NCBI GenBank assembly: GCA_047495785.1
Contig: JBLDXI010000034.1
Location: 1,116,001-1,180,000, forward strand
DNA: 64,000 bases
From: Lepidodermella squamata
Taxonomy: Eukaryota; Animalia; Gastrotricha
Direction: 5' to 3'
Every line of letters starts with the position of its first letter. Positions within the stretch are counted from its first letter, which is position 1. The notes beneath the pieces are model-generated. The model had not been told where the DNA came from. It saw only the letters and a program-made list of their open reading frames with translations, and did not search any database. Shown here piece after piece: positions 36,914 through 49,085 of this stretch. The position numbers and the translations under genes were made by a program.

Positions 36914-38185
36914 ATGAATAAATCGCAGCCCAAGTTGCCAATAGCTCAGATAATAAACAGTGGTTGGCTGCTAGCCAACTTTTCAGAGCAAGGCTACGGC
37001 CACGCTAAGGAGTATTACATCGGCTATAGCCACGATTTGACATCAACAAGTATGGCAGACCGATTAGGATTCCCAATTGCGTCAGGCCTATTGACTCTAG
37101 CCCTGATTCCAACCTGCATCTTCAATTTGATTACGTTATACCGACGTGGAGTGAAGCGCGATTTCCTAATGCTGGCCATCTTTCTTCACATACGGAGTAT
37201 TCTATTTGCGGTTGTCACAACCTTGCTGTTTTCGGGCTCTGCGAGAACAGGAAGCTGGGACTGGCCTGAATGGACCTGCGGGACATTATTCGTCTTAGCT
37301 TGGATAACAGGTATGTATGGCACTAACATCGAATCTCTGATATCATACGAACGTCGAATGTGTTTGTCTTCGAAATCAATCAACTACCGAGCGAATAGAG
37401 CTAAAATTCTTGGAATAGCTCTAGCCCAGCTCCTGTTATGTACTTTTATGAGTCTCGCCTTTCTGATATGGCCATTTAATACAATGCAGGTCAAGAAGGT
37501 GCTAGTTATAGGCTACAACAATAATCAACCAGTAGCTCTATGCTCCAGCTGGGATTTCAATTTCATCAACGATTTCGACACATCATTCCTCATGATACTA
37601 TACTACGGTTCAAACTACAGCATCGCCATTCCATTCCTTGGTTACAATTACTGGATAGCGTTCAAAAGCATAGCTAACCTTCGAACTGGCCGTACCGGCA
37701 GAAGTAAAAACAGGACAGGCACAGGAAGATCCAATCATACGAACAATTCGAACAATTCGAACATTACGAACAAAACAGCGAAAAGTGTTCGAACGCAAGA
37801 CTCGCAACGCCGTGAAATTTATCTGATGAAGTTGTCGGTACTTATGTTCGTCGTTTTTATCATCACCTTTTTGCCAGCTTTCTGGTCCACGTAAGCTAAT
37901 TCCCCTATTTGCCATCTACTCCTAGGTAATCCTAATTTTTCTGCCATTTGTAGATTGGCCGTGGCAACTTGGAGTTTCGGTTCTTACCACATCGAAGTTG
38001 CTTGGATTCGCAAGTTCTCACTATGCGTTGTGATATCCGGATCTCTTATATCAGCGATCCTCCAATCTATATCGCCCGTACATCTCGAGATATGGTTCGA
38101 CAAATTTGGCAAATGGTGGAATTGGCTGCGAAGCAATAACAGGCGCGTGCACATCGTAGTCACGGATCAGCCCGGTTTGAGCTGA
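36914..38185 (+). CDS. Orphan class A-like GPCR 1; join(36914..37890,37954..38185), ~402 aa
   Basis: 7 TM, W.W.EW.C ECL1 motif, ISYERR at the DRY position, ECL2 Cys, F....LP in TM6, phase-2 intron. Confidence 0.8.
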
Positions 38186-39011
38186 TTTGTCAACTTGTTT
38201 GGAATTTGATGAGATTGCGCACAAAAAGAAGCTTTGTGAATCGGCACTGATGACAAATGGTCTGTCCTATAATCTAAAATTTAATCTTTGCTTTCTATAT
38301 AATTTTCTTTTCAATAATTTCAATTGATGTGAATCGAACGAGACTCTGCCCGTAACGATCGTTTCGAATAAATTCAATTGGGCTTTATGATATGTTATCA
38401 AGATTCCATGAAGTACAGAAAGAAGCTGCAAAGCCTTGAGGATGGAAACTTGCATGTTTTTATAATTCTCAGACAAGCGAGCAACGTTTTCCCGGAGAAA
38501 ACACAGCCAGGCGTCAACGAAAGCAGCCTGTGCTATAAGACGAATCTTCAAGCTCAGACAGCCTTTTCCATGGGTCAAATTCTCGTTTCCACTTTTCATT
38601 TATACTCGACAAAGTTGAATTGAGCACGCGCACCCGCCACCCGTTGCTTTTTAGAACGTCGAATTTTGAAATCATGGCTGTTCAGGTACATTCCCAGATG
38701 TCTGATATCAAACAAGCGTGTTGATGTGTCGGATATGGCTCAAATTCTACTCTTAGGCAAAAAAGTCTAAGTTGTCGCGGAAAAAGTTGCGAATCACTTC
38801 CTTAGAATGCATTCCGGAAATTCATCTTATCATCAGGCAGAAGCTCGTTGTCGAGCGTGCAATCGGCAATCACGTGGACCCAGTTCTGACGGCTGTCATC
38901 AAGCGGCTGGACACGGAGTTCAGGGAAGCCAAGCAGTAGTACGAGTTTAGGCGGGAGTTCCGGTCAACCTTAGACAAGTCGAGGCCCTCTCTGCCCAACT
39001 GTGCTACCGGG

Positions 39012-42000
39012 AGGCCTGGGTCCGTCTGCGCAACCGGCACCAGCTGCCTCGATCGAATGGTCCGATAAAGCTGCCTGATGGTTCGGTTCTTCTCCTCTCG
39101 ACTGTCCTTGCCGACGAGCTGCTCAGCCCCTTTGTGGCTCCGATGCACCCCTACTGGTCAATTACCACTTTCGGCTCCGTTGCGTTTGCCACTGCCGCTA
39201 AGACCCAGCTTCGATGTCTTGAAGACCCAGCTTCGATGTCTTGATGTGCTTCAAAACAATTGTCTCAGAGCTATTCTGCATGTCCGCCTGGACGACCGCG
39301 TCCGTGTTTCCACTCTGGAGCTTCGCTGTCGCTTGCACTCGGAGGCTTCATGACCATGGTTAAAAATTATTCCCTCAATTACATTGTTCAATCTGTTTCC
39401 TTCGAATTTTTATTAAGTTTGAAGGGACGAAATTATCGACAGCGTAAGGTTTATCGGTTACAGGTTACAGGGAATCGTTAAGGTGAAGAGGAACGCTAGT
39501 GTGAAAAGGTGAGAAGACAGAAATCGACTTGAATCACGGCGGAATAGGAGACCACGGAAAATGAATTATAGGCGGACGTAACATAAACAGAAGGAAGAAA
39601 CGGAAAGAACAGAGGGTAAAAGGAAGATTGTAGCGGAGAGGAGAAGGAGCATAGGGATATTAGGTCACGAAGACAGGGAGCGGGCCCGACGACAGGCGGC
39701 TATGGAGGACGAATACTGGCGACTTCACTGTCGTTGAGGGATGTAAGCGGACGCCTTCGATTTGCTCGCGAAGTGGCAGCACATGTCTCCAGGAATTCTC
39801 GGCTTAGCGGACTTGAAGGCTGGGCAGGCGACAGCGCCGCTCGAGATCGGTGATGCGAACGCGGTCAGCTAGGCGAACGTTGAGCATAGCACGCATGCAC
39901 TTGTTCTGGAGGACGTCGAGGCGGCGCAATTGCTGTTTTGCTGCTGACGAAAAGACGACAAATGGTGTATGAACAATGGTTGCTAAGGGCGGGCAACAAG
40001 TAAAGTTAGCGCACCGCTCATGCATTTTTTACTTTGCAACTTTTCACACATTCTCGCGTGTGCCATCGACGTGAGACAGTTGGATAGTGGACAGTTGGAT
40101 GATTTTTTGTACGTACACCACTATCCTCCTTGACGACACACCTAACAACGGAATACAGCCTGCATAGGCCTGGGTCCGTCTGCGCAACCGGCACCAGCTG
40201 CCTCGATCGAATGGTCCGATAAAGCTGCCTGATGGTTCGGTTCTTCTCCTCTCGACTGTCCTTGCCGACGAGCTGCTCAGCCCCTTTGTGGCTCCGATGC
40301 ACCCCTACTGGTCAATTACCACTTTCGGCTCCGTTGCGTTTGCCACTGCCGCTAAGACCCAGCTTCGATGTCTTGAAGACCCAGCTTCGATGTCTTGATG
40401 TGCTTCAAAACAATTGTCTCAGAGCTATTCTGCATGTCCGCCTGGACGACCGCGTCCGTGTTTCCACTCTGGAGCTTCGCTGTCGCTTGCACTCGGAGGC
40501 TTCATGACCATGGTTAAAAATTATTCCCTCAATTACATTGTTCAATCTGTTTCCTTCGAATTTTTATTAAGTTTGAAGGGACGAAATTATCGACAGCGTA
40601 AGGTTTATCGGTTACAGGTTACAGGGAATCGTTAAGGTGAAGAGGAACGCTAGTGTGAAAAGGTGAGAAGACAGAAATCGACTTGAATCACGGCGGAATA
40701 GGAGACCACGGAAAATGAATTATAGGCGGACGTAACATAAACAGAAGGAAGAAACGGAAAGAACAGAGGGTAAAAGGAAGATTGTAGCGGAGAGGAGAAG
40801 GAGCATAGGGATATTAGGTCACGAAGACAGGGAGCGGGCCCGACGACAGGCGGCTATGGAGGACGAATACTGGCGACTTCACTGTCGTTGAGGGATGTAA
40901 GCGGACGCCTTCGATTTGCTCGCGAAGTGGCAGCACATGTCTCCAGGAATTCTCGGCTTAGCGGACTTGAAGGCTGGGCAGGCGACAGCGCCGCTCGAGA
41001 TCGGTGATGCGAACGCGGTCAGCTAGGCGAACGTTGAGCATAGCACGCATGCACTTGTTCTGGAGGACGTCGAGGCGGCGCAATTGCTGTTTTGCTGCTG
41101 ACGAAAAGACGACAAATGGTGTATGAACAATGGTTGCTAAGGGCGGGCAACAAGTAAAGTTAGCGCACCGCTCATGCATTTTTTACTTTGCAACTTTTCA
41201 CACATTCTCGCGTGTGCCATCGACGTGAGACAGTTGGATAGTGGACAGTTGGATGATTTTTTGTACGTACACCACTATCCTCCTTGACGACACACCTAAC
41301 AACGGAATACAGCCTGCATAGGCCTGGGTCCGTCTGCGCAACCGGCACCAGCTGCCTCGATCGAATGGTCCGATAAAGCTGCCTGATGGTTCGGTTCTTC
41401 TCCTCTCGACTGTCCTTGCCGACGAGCTGCTCAGCCCCTTTGTGGCTCCGATGCACCCCTACTGGTCAATTACCACTTTCGGCTCCGTTGCGTTTGCCAC
41501 TGCCGCTAAGACCCAGCTTCGATGTCTTGAAGACCCAGCTTCGATGTCTTGATGTGCTTCAAAACAATTGTCTCAGAGCTATTCTGCATGTCCGCCTGGA
41601 CGACCGCGTCCGTGTTTCCACTCTGGAGCTTCGCTGTCGCTTGCACTCGGAGGCTTCATGACCATGGTTAAAAATTATTCCCTCAATTACATTGTTCAAT
41701 CTGTTTCCTTCGAATTTTTATTAAGTTTGAAGGGACGAAATTATCGACAGCGTAAGGTTTATCGGTTACAGGTTACAGGGAATCGTTAAGGTGAAGAGGA
41801 ACGCTAGTGTGAAAAGGTGAGAAGACAGAAATCGACTTGAATCACGGCGGAATAGGAGACCACGGAAAATGAATTATAGGCGGACGTAACATAAACAGAA
41901 GGAAGAAACGGAAAGAACAGAGGGTAAAAGGAAGATTGTAGCGGAGAGGAGAAGGAGCATAGGGATATTAGGTCACGAAGACAGGGAGCGGGCCCGACGA

Positions 42001-43627
42001 CAGGCGGCTATGGAGGACGAATACTGGCGACTTCACTGTCGTTGAGGGATGTAAGCGGACGCCTTCGATTTGCTCGCGAAGTGGCAGCACATGTCTCCAG
42101 GAATTCTCGGCTTAGCGGACTTGAAGGCTGGGCAGGCGACAGCGCCGCTCGAGATCGGTGATGCGAACGCGGTCAGCTAGGCGAACGTTGAGCATAGCAC
42201 GCATGCACTTGTTCTGGAGGACGTCGAGGCGGCGCAATTGCTGTTTTGCTGCTGACGAAAAGACGACAAATGGTGTATGAACAATGGTTGCTAAGGGCGG
42301 GCAACAAGTAAAGTTAGCGCACCGCTCATGCATTTTTTACTTTGCAACTTTTCACACATTCTCGCGTGTGCCATCGACGTGAGACAGTTGGATAGTGGAC
42401 AGTTGGATGATTTTTTGTACGTACACCACTATCCTCCTTGACGACACACCTAACAACGGAATACAGCCTGCATAGGCCTGGGTCCGTCTGCGCAACCGGC
42501 ACCAGCTGCCTCGATCGAATGGTCCGATAAAGCTGCCTGATGGTTCGGTTCTTCTCCTCTCGACTGTCCTTGCCGACGAGCTGCTCAGCCCCTTTGTGGC
42601 TCCGATGCACCCCTACTGGTCAATTACCACTTTCGGCTCCGTTGCGTTTGCCACTGCCGCTAAGACCCAGCTTCGATGTCTTGAAGACCCAGCTTCGATG
42701 TCTTGATGTGCTTCAAAACAATTGTCTCAGAGCTATTCTGCATGTCCGCCTGGACGACCGCGTCCGTGTTTCCACTCTGGAGCTTCGCTGTCGCTTGCAC
42801 TCGGAGGCTTCATGACCATGGTTAAAAATTATTCCCTCAATTACATTGTTCAATCTGTTTCCTTCGAATTTTTATTAAGTTTGAAGGGACGAAATTATCG
42901 ACAGCGTAAGGTTTATCGGTTACAGGTTACAGGGAATCGTTAAGGTGAAGAGGAACGCTAGTGTGAAAAGGTGAGAAGACAGAAATCGACTTGAATCACG
43001 GCGGAATAGGAGACCACGGAAAATGAATTATAGGCGGACGTAACATAAACAGAAGGAAGAAACGGAAAGAACAGAGGGTAAAAGGAAGATTGTAGCGGAG
43101 AGGAGAAGGAGCATAGGGATATTAGGTCACGAAGACAGGGAGCGGGCCCGACGACAGGCGGCTATGGAGGACGAATACTGGCGACTTCACTGTCGTTGAG
43201 GGATGTAAGCGGACGCCTTCGATTTGCTCGCGAAGTGGCAGCACATGTCTCCAGGAATTCTCGGCTTAGCGGACTTGAAGGCTGGGCAGGCGACAGCGCC
43301 GCTCGAGATCGGTGATGCGAACGCGGTCAGCTAGGCGAACGTTGAGCATAGCACGCATGCACTTGTTCTGGAGGACGTCGAGGCGGCGCAATTGCTGTTT
43401 TGCTGCTGACGAAAAGACGACAAATGGTGTATGAACAATGGTTGCTAAGGGCGGGCAACAAGTAAAGTTAGCGCACCGCTCATGCATTTTTTACTTTGCA
43501 ACTTTTCACACATTCTCGCGTGTGCCATCGACGTGAGACAGTTGGATAGTGGACAGTTGGATGATTTTTTGTACGTACACCACTATCCTCCTTGACGACA
43601 CACCTAACAACGGAATACAGCCTGCAT
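39012..43627. repeat. Tandem array of four 1154-bp units
   Basis: Unit starts aggcctgggtccgtc at 39012, 40166, 41320 and 42474. The ORF track repeats at exact 1154 offsets and no differences were spotted by eye. Confidence 0.97.
39228..39935. mobile_element. Two convergent RTE-like LINE C-terminal fragments, repeated in each array unit
   Basis: Plus strand QLRCLDVLQNNCLRAILHVRLDDRV (~39228-39340) and minus strand QLRRLDVLQNKCMRAMLNVRLADRV (~39805-39935) resemble the post-RT CLR.IL...D.V motif. Confidence 0.65.
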
Positions 43628-43929
43628 CGGTTTTAACTGTGACTACACAGCTATCCTTCTTTAGGTAACCCACCATCCTCCTTGACGACCGACAGACCGA
43701 CAGACGGACCGGCCGAACACGACCTACGACAACGGAGTTCCCCGTCATATCATGCGCGGCCTGACATCTTCTTACACATTGAATTAAGGATTGACAAGAA
43801 CCTGCTCAACATCTTGCTCTTACTTCTGTTAACAGCTATCGTCTGCTATCGACCGTGCTGAGGCGGACGTATGCCTGTCACTAATACAATTCATTGTGTT
43901 CACTTTGATGAACCTGCGCGACTGGCAGA

Positions 43930-44745
43930 CCGTCAAAACAGCGTAGTCACGAAACAGCGAAAGCGACGAAAAAGCGAAATTACCACTTGCGACGGAGCAG
44001 AGTGCGACGGAACAGCGATTAGGGCTAAACGCGACGTAACAGCGTTAAAAAGTATTATTTATACGTGGAACGCGACAAAACAGCGAAAACTAAACAGCGA
44101 CTAAACAGCTGAGGGCATACGGTCGCGATTCGCAGATTTTTTTTCAGAGCCAGGATGTGCTTCACCTCCTGAGGGTAGCTCCGCTTGAACGTTGAAACAG
44201 ACGCGATTCGCATAAATCTTGTTCGCGCTTGAAAAAGTCGATGATTTCGTAAGGCGAAGGATGAGGCTTGTCACAGAAGTCTTGGAATGCTTTATGCCAA
44301 ACCTCGGCTTCATTGTCCGTTAGAGCAAGGCACAAACAAGCGCGGAGATAACAAGTCCAGGTTGGGTAACAAATCGAAGCCGGGGCCAGGCGGACTGGGT
44401 AACAAATCCCGTATGAATGACTCATCGACCACGCTGGGTGACGTGGACAGCGCCAGGGGCGATTGCGGTTGTAAATACCTCGCATCTTTGGCATTATTAG
44501 CCTCGCTAGCAACGGCTTATTCCCTTCGGGCGACCACGACCGGGCATTTGTTAACAATTTAACAAGTTAACAATTAAAAATGTATTTAGAAGCAATGAGT
44601 TACTGGGCAGCCACCTTAAATTTCAGCTCAATATGACGAGGAGCGCCACCTGTTGTCTTCTTTTATTATATTCTAATAAATATTAAAACACGTGCCGCTG
44701 TTTTCGGTGATCGCGCTGTTTCGTCGCGTTCGCGCGCATTCAATG
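43930..44745 (-). mobile_element. Internally deleted MULE relic
   Basis: TDNEAEVWHKAF....HPSPYEIIDFFKREQ is the MULE catalytic-E region (~44200-44330). It is flanked by aacagcg repeats on the left and their inverse cgctgtt on the right. Confidence 0.65.
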
Positions 44746-45160
44746 TTACATATGGAATATTTCGAATATCTTGCTTGCTGTCAACAACGAGACCGTCGGT
44801 GGCCGACGCCTGTTCGCAGCAAATAATCGTGAAAGTGAAGCTGATTAAAGCACCGGGCCAAATCCAGAACTCAGGGAAATATAACGTAGCTCTCATCGCC
44901 CTTTTGAGGAATTGGACTATTCGATGTTGGCTGCAATATTTTCAAATACTCGGACTGACTCCCTACTCCCTCTTGGCACAGTATCAAATTGAAAATGGGT
45001 AACTAAGGTATTGAATTTGGATTTTTTCCAAATTGAAAACCATGACCTCACACTCATTTTCGGATCAAACAAAAAATATTGCCGTGTCGGTCATAGTCCC
45101 ATTGATCGTTTCGCCAGTTTCCGTAAATTTCTGATGTAAAATGATAGACAAACACCTAAC

Positions 45161-45423
45161 TGGTCGAATTCGGCCTATTAGCCCCGAATTGTTATGAGCG
45201 GATGCAGCAGTTTTTAGCTTCGCAAGGAAAAGCTGAAACGGCTGACTTTCGAAAACTGACTTAATATGTCTGTTTTCGGTCCAATTTAGTTGGTGGAAGA
45301 CCTTGGGGCATTCAGAGAGTTAGCTGGTACGAAAGAATTCCAAGTTGAAACCCATCACGACATTTATTGGAGGGCTTAAAAGTTCATGCTGAAATCAGCC
45401 GATATGTAGGCCGAATTCGACCA
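45161..45423. repeat. 17-bp perfect inverted repeat (MITE-like)
   Basis: tggtcgaattcggccta ... taggccgaattcgacca. Confidence 0.55.
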
Positions 45424-45682
45424 CTTTTCGCACAGCTTTAAAAGTGATAGATGCGAACAAATGGGTTTCATCGTGATCAGGACCCCCAAGAACCCCTAAA
45501 CTTGTTTTCAAATACTTTTTATACCCCAGGTAAATAATTTGGCGTTGAAAGTGTTAAACATCCACCAATACACAAACTCAGAAACCCCTCTTTGATCTTT
45601 TTTCGTAGAGGAATTATTCGTCACATCGCTTAACTATTTCCGAAATGATCCAAATTTCAATGCTGCTGTCATAAAATATTTA

Positions 45683-45690
45683 CTCTCTCG

Positions 45691-45723
<33 letters not shown>

Positions 45724-45733
45724 TCTCTCTCTC
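45683..45733. repeat. (CT)n microsatellite
   Basis: About 25 CT units with two interruptions. Confidence 0.95.
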
Positions 45734-46040
45734 AAGGTTTATTTGCCACAAAAGCGGGAGCTACGGTTGAAAAGTTACACAAGAATCAATTATACAACAA
45801 ATTGACTCGTTCATTATTTATTAGTCTATTCAAAAGTTATTCCCTTGATCTAGAATTGATTGTTTTCACCACCAATAACGCGAGCTAGGCCTGTTACATA
45901 CCCGGCAAGTCAATACCCTAACCCCTATCATAAAATTCATATGAACAATGGTTGCTAAGGGCGGGCTACAAGTAAAGTTAGCGCACCGCACCTGCATTTT
46001 TTACTTTGCAACTTTTCACATTGCATGAGGCGAAAACAAC

Positions 46041-49000
46041 ATGAGTGAATTTTTCCTTTCAATCATCGTGATGGTCTGTGTCTATCCTATATTAACTTCG
46101 CAGCGTGAGTGATGCTTTTGAGCTAAAAAAATTAGCTGAAGAGAACAATTTAGAATGCTCACCGCCGTGTTCCGAAAGAGGCGGCTATTGCACTGCTTCT
46201 AACACGTGCCAATGCCTGGCTCGATTCACAGGAGCAACTTGCTCTCAGAGTAAAATTTGCAGCTTTTCACTATCAGTTTCGCGAAGGTTATTTTTTTACA
46301 AGCTATTGGATCGCAAGTCGACCCGGATAGCTACGTCCAAGATTATTCCTACGCCGCAGATGGAAATTACGGTATAAGATAATCTGTTGATAGCGTCTTC
46401 CCTTAACAAACCGATTTCAGCCACGAACTGGGTATTCAGGAGCAACCAGAATTTTCAGGTGTTGGGCTCGAAAAATGAAATAAACCTTCTGCAAGGCTCG
46501 TTGAGCTACACTAGCTTCTTCAACAAAAACGTAACTCACGGCAGCGAGAATACATATTCAAATTTAAAAATCAATGTATACAGGCTTTCAGTTTAAGTGA
46601 TTTTTCAATCAATCTAACTATGCAAATCGACACATCAGGCAATTGTCTTGATGCCTATCAATTCGGAATCGTGTCAAATTCGAGCCTTTCACATTCAACG
46701 CCGACTCAAGGAAATTCAGCGGATTGATGATCCGCGTTTGGTATTATTGGAAAAAATTCGAAATTATCTCTTCGCAAACAGCGACGAACTATCTTGACCT
46801 GATTACTAACAATGCAACAACGTCTGTTCCGCTGAATGAGAACAACCTGAAAGGCAGGCATCAACTAGGTCTTGTCATCCGAAACGGCAATAAGCTTTCG
46901 CTTGATTTTTGCACAATCACGTCTTGCACTGCGATTTTCTCTGATTTGACGATTGCAAGCCAATTGCCGACAGTTGGCGCCAATTTACAGCCAGCTGTAT
47001 TTTTCCTATCTGCAATAAATAACGGCTGCACATATCCAGCTAGACTTGTCGATCTACGCGTCTATCCACAGAGTAAGTCGCTTCAGTGTACGAATCATAG
47101 ATTCTCTTAGTTGAAATATTCTCTTAAAGAAAGTAATTTTATAAAATTTCGCTCGTTTCGATCGCCATTTTCAGTCCTTATCAAGTAGCTACCCGAACAA
47201 CAAAAAATCATTTCTTTTACGAGTATCCTAGAGTCGCGTGTCTTATTTTCGGGTTTTGCGGATATTTTTTTCTTCCCGCCAATGATTCATCTATGTTTTT
47301 GTGGAGTTCCTTTCGTTATTGCTGGAGGTTTGAGGACAAAATGCTAGAAACGTCGAAACAATTATAGGCGCGTGCCGATGTTTTCTCGACGCACACAGAC
47401 ATAAAAAATATCACTTAGAAATCTCGATCGTAAAACGACGTTTCTCGCAGTTTCTCGCAGTTTCTCGCATTGGAGTTTTTTCGACTCTTCTCGACCCGGT
47501 CACTTTTTATACGCATTTGCGGGTTTTTCAGACGTTAATTTGAAATTATCGTAAAAATATCGAGCATTTTTAACTGCCTATACAGGATTTCCAGACGTTT
47601 TTTGTAAATATATGCTTTTGGGGTTTGATGGCCATTTACTTGAAGTTGTCGCCAAAAATAATCAAAGTTCGAATTATTCATAGATCCATAAAGACAATAA
47701 TTGTTATGCGATGGCTGGTGGTGTAGTCGATGTGAGGCTTGACTGTGCAGTCGATGTCAGGGGTTCAACCCCCACACTGGTCGCACATTTTTAATTAGTG
47801 TTTTAATTAATAACTCTCCATATAGAGGGGGGTCTTTGCCACGAATCGTCTGGGGGGTCCCAATACCTAACCTGTTTCAATAGCGATTCCGAGTCTCTGC
47901 GCTCTACGTGTCCGTACCATCGTAATTGATTTCTAGCGACCTTTGTTGATAATTTTTGCGTATTACATTTTTCCTAATTGTTTCATTTCGGACCCTATCA
48001 GCCAGCCTAATTCCAGTAATGTTCCTGAGCCATTGCATCTGGCAAACATCTAGCTTTCTTTCTAGGCTATTCTAGCTATTCTAGGCATTTCATTTCAGCC
48101 TCGATTTTTAAGCTCGTATTGCTTTTTTTCATAGCTCCGAATGATTTTTCTATCCGATTTCTAATATCAGCATTGCAACTACCGTCGGATGTTAGCGTGC
48201 TACCTAAATATGTGTAATTTTCTACTCGTTCGATATTTTGATCATAAATTTTGAAATGTTCGCATCCGCCATCCGGTGCTTCGTTTACTACCATGAACTT
48301 TGTTTTAGTTACGTTAATTTTCAGTCCTAATTCTGTGCGTTTCGCTTTGCCCGAAGAATGAGATTCCCACGGCGTTTTACTAATTTGACGTCCGCTTTTT
48401 TGAAAAACTGATCCCGTGGCTGACAATTTTTGGTCCTGAAAAAAAATCGGAGAAGAAACAAATCAAAGGTCCTACTACGTACACTGAATCGCTTCATAAT
48501 TTTAAACTTCACACTTTCCGCATTTTTCACAGCTTGTTACCCCAGCTGTATGAGAGGTACATGTCTCAGCAACTACACCTGCGCTTGTTCACCCGGATGG
48601 ACTGGTGCGATTTGTGATCGGCGTTTGTTTCAAAAATATTCTTGATAAACAAATGAATTAAATTCTCCTCACCAGCCGGTCCTTTCTGCAATCCGCCGTG
48701 CTCGAAAGGCAAATGTGTTGCGACTAACACTTGCGAATGTAGGCAAGGATGGACTGGTTCTAGTTGTGACCGACGTGATTACATTTAATTTACTCGTTAT
48801 TTCTTGACTCACGACTTATTATTTTGGCAGAGCTTTGCGGCTCAGCCGTTTGCTCGAGCAATGCTTATTGCGGCGCACCGGGAGAGTGCCGCTGTTTCAA
48901 CAAATGGAAAACTGGCGCCACTTGTGGGGAAAGTAAAGTGGTATTTTAATGCCCCAACTCTTGTTAATGCTTTTCGGCTAGACTTGTGCGACTGCAAGAA

Positions 49001-49085
49001 CGCGAAGCGCTGCTATGCTATGCTGTGCGACTGTGCCGATGGTTCACAGCGGCGTGACTGCAACGACCCCAACGCCATCTACTAA
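46041..49085 (+). CDS. Secreted EGF + lectin-like beta-sandwich + 4x EGF protein; apparent 1-bp frameshift at ~46680
   Basis: Signal peptide MSEFFLSIIVMVCVYP. EGF exons CSPPC...CQC..FTGATC, CYPSC...WTGAIC, CNPPC...WTGSSC, CGSAVC...TGATC and CDC...DC, separated by phase-1 introns. The beta-rich central exon changes frame between FGIVSN and EPFTFN. Confidence 0.75.
47713..47785 (+). mobile_element. tRNA-derived SINE head or tRNA pseudogene (intronic)
   Basis: A-box-like TGGTGTAGTCG and B-box GGTTCAACCCC at tRNA spacing, but the cloverleaf pairs poorly. Confidence 0.55.
48076..48350 (-). mobile_element. RTE-type LINE RT fragment in intron
   Basis: GLKINVTKTKFMV...IERVENYTYLGS...DIRNRI. Confidence 0.8.

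Noticed and set aside
37954-38100. GPCR pair as opsins (Lys in WIRKFS near TM7)
   Set aside because: The Lys is too far upstream of the NPxxY-equivalent position; the K296-equivalent residue aligns to Ile.
39012-43627. CRISPR array or real protein-coding ORFs in the tandem repeat
   Set aside because: Units are identical 1154-bp blocks without unique spacers, the short ORFs are LINE scraps or incidental, and the context is eukaryotic.
47713-47785. Second functional tRNA
   Set aside because: D and anticodon stems pair poorly; better explained as a SINE head or pseudogene.
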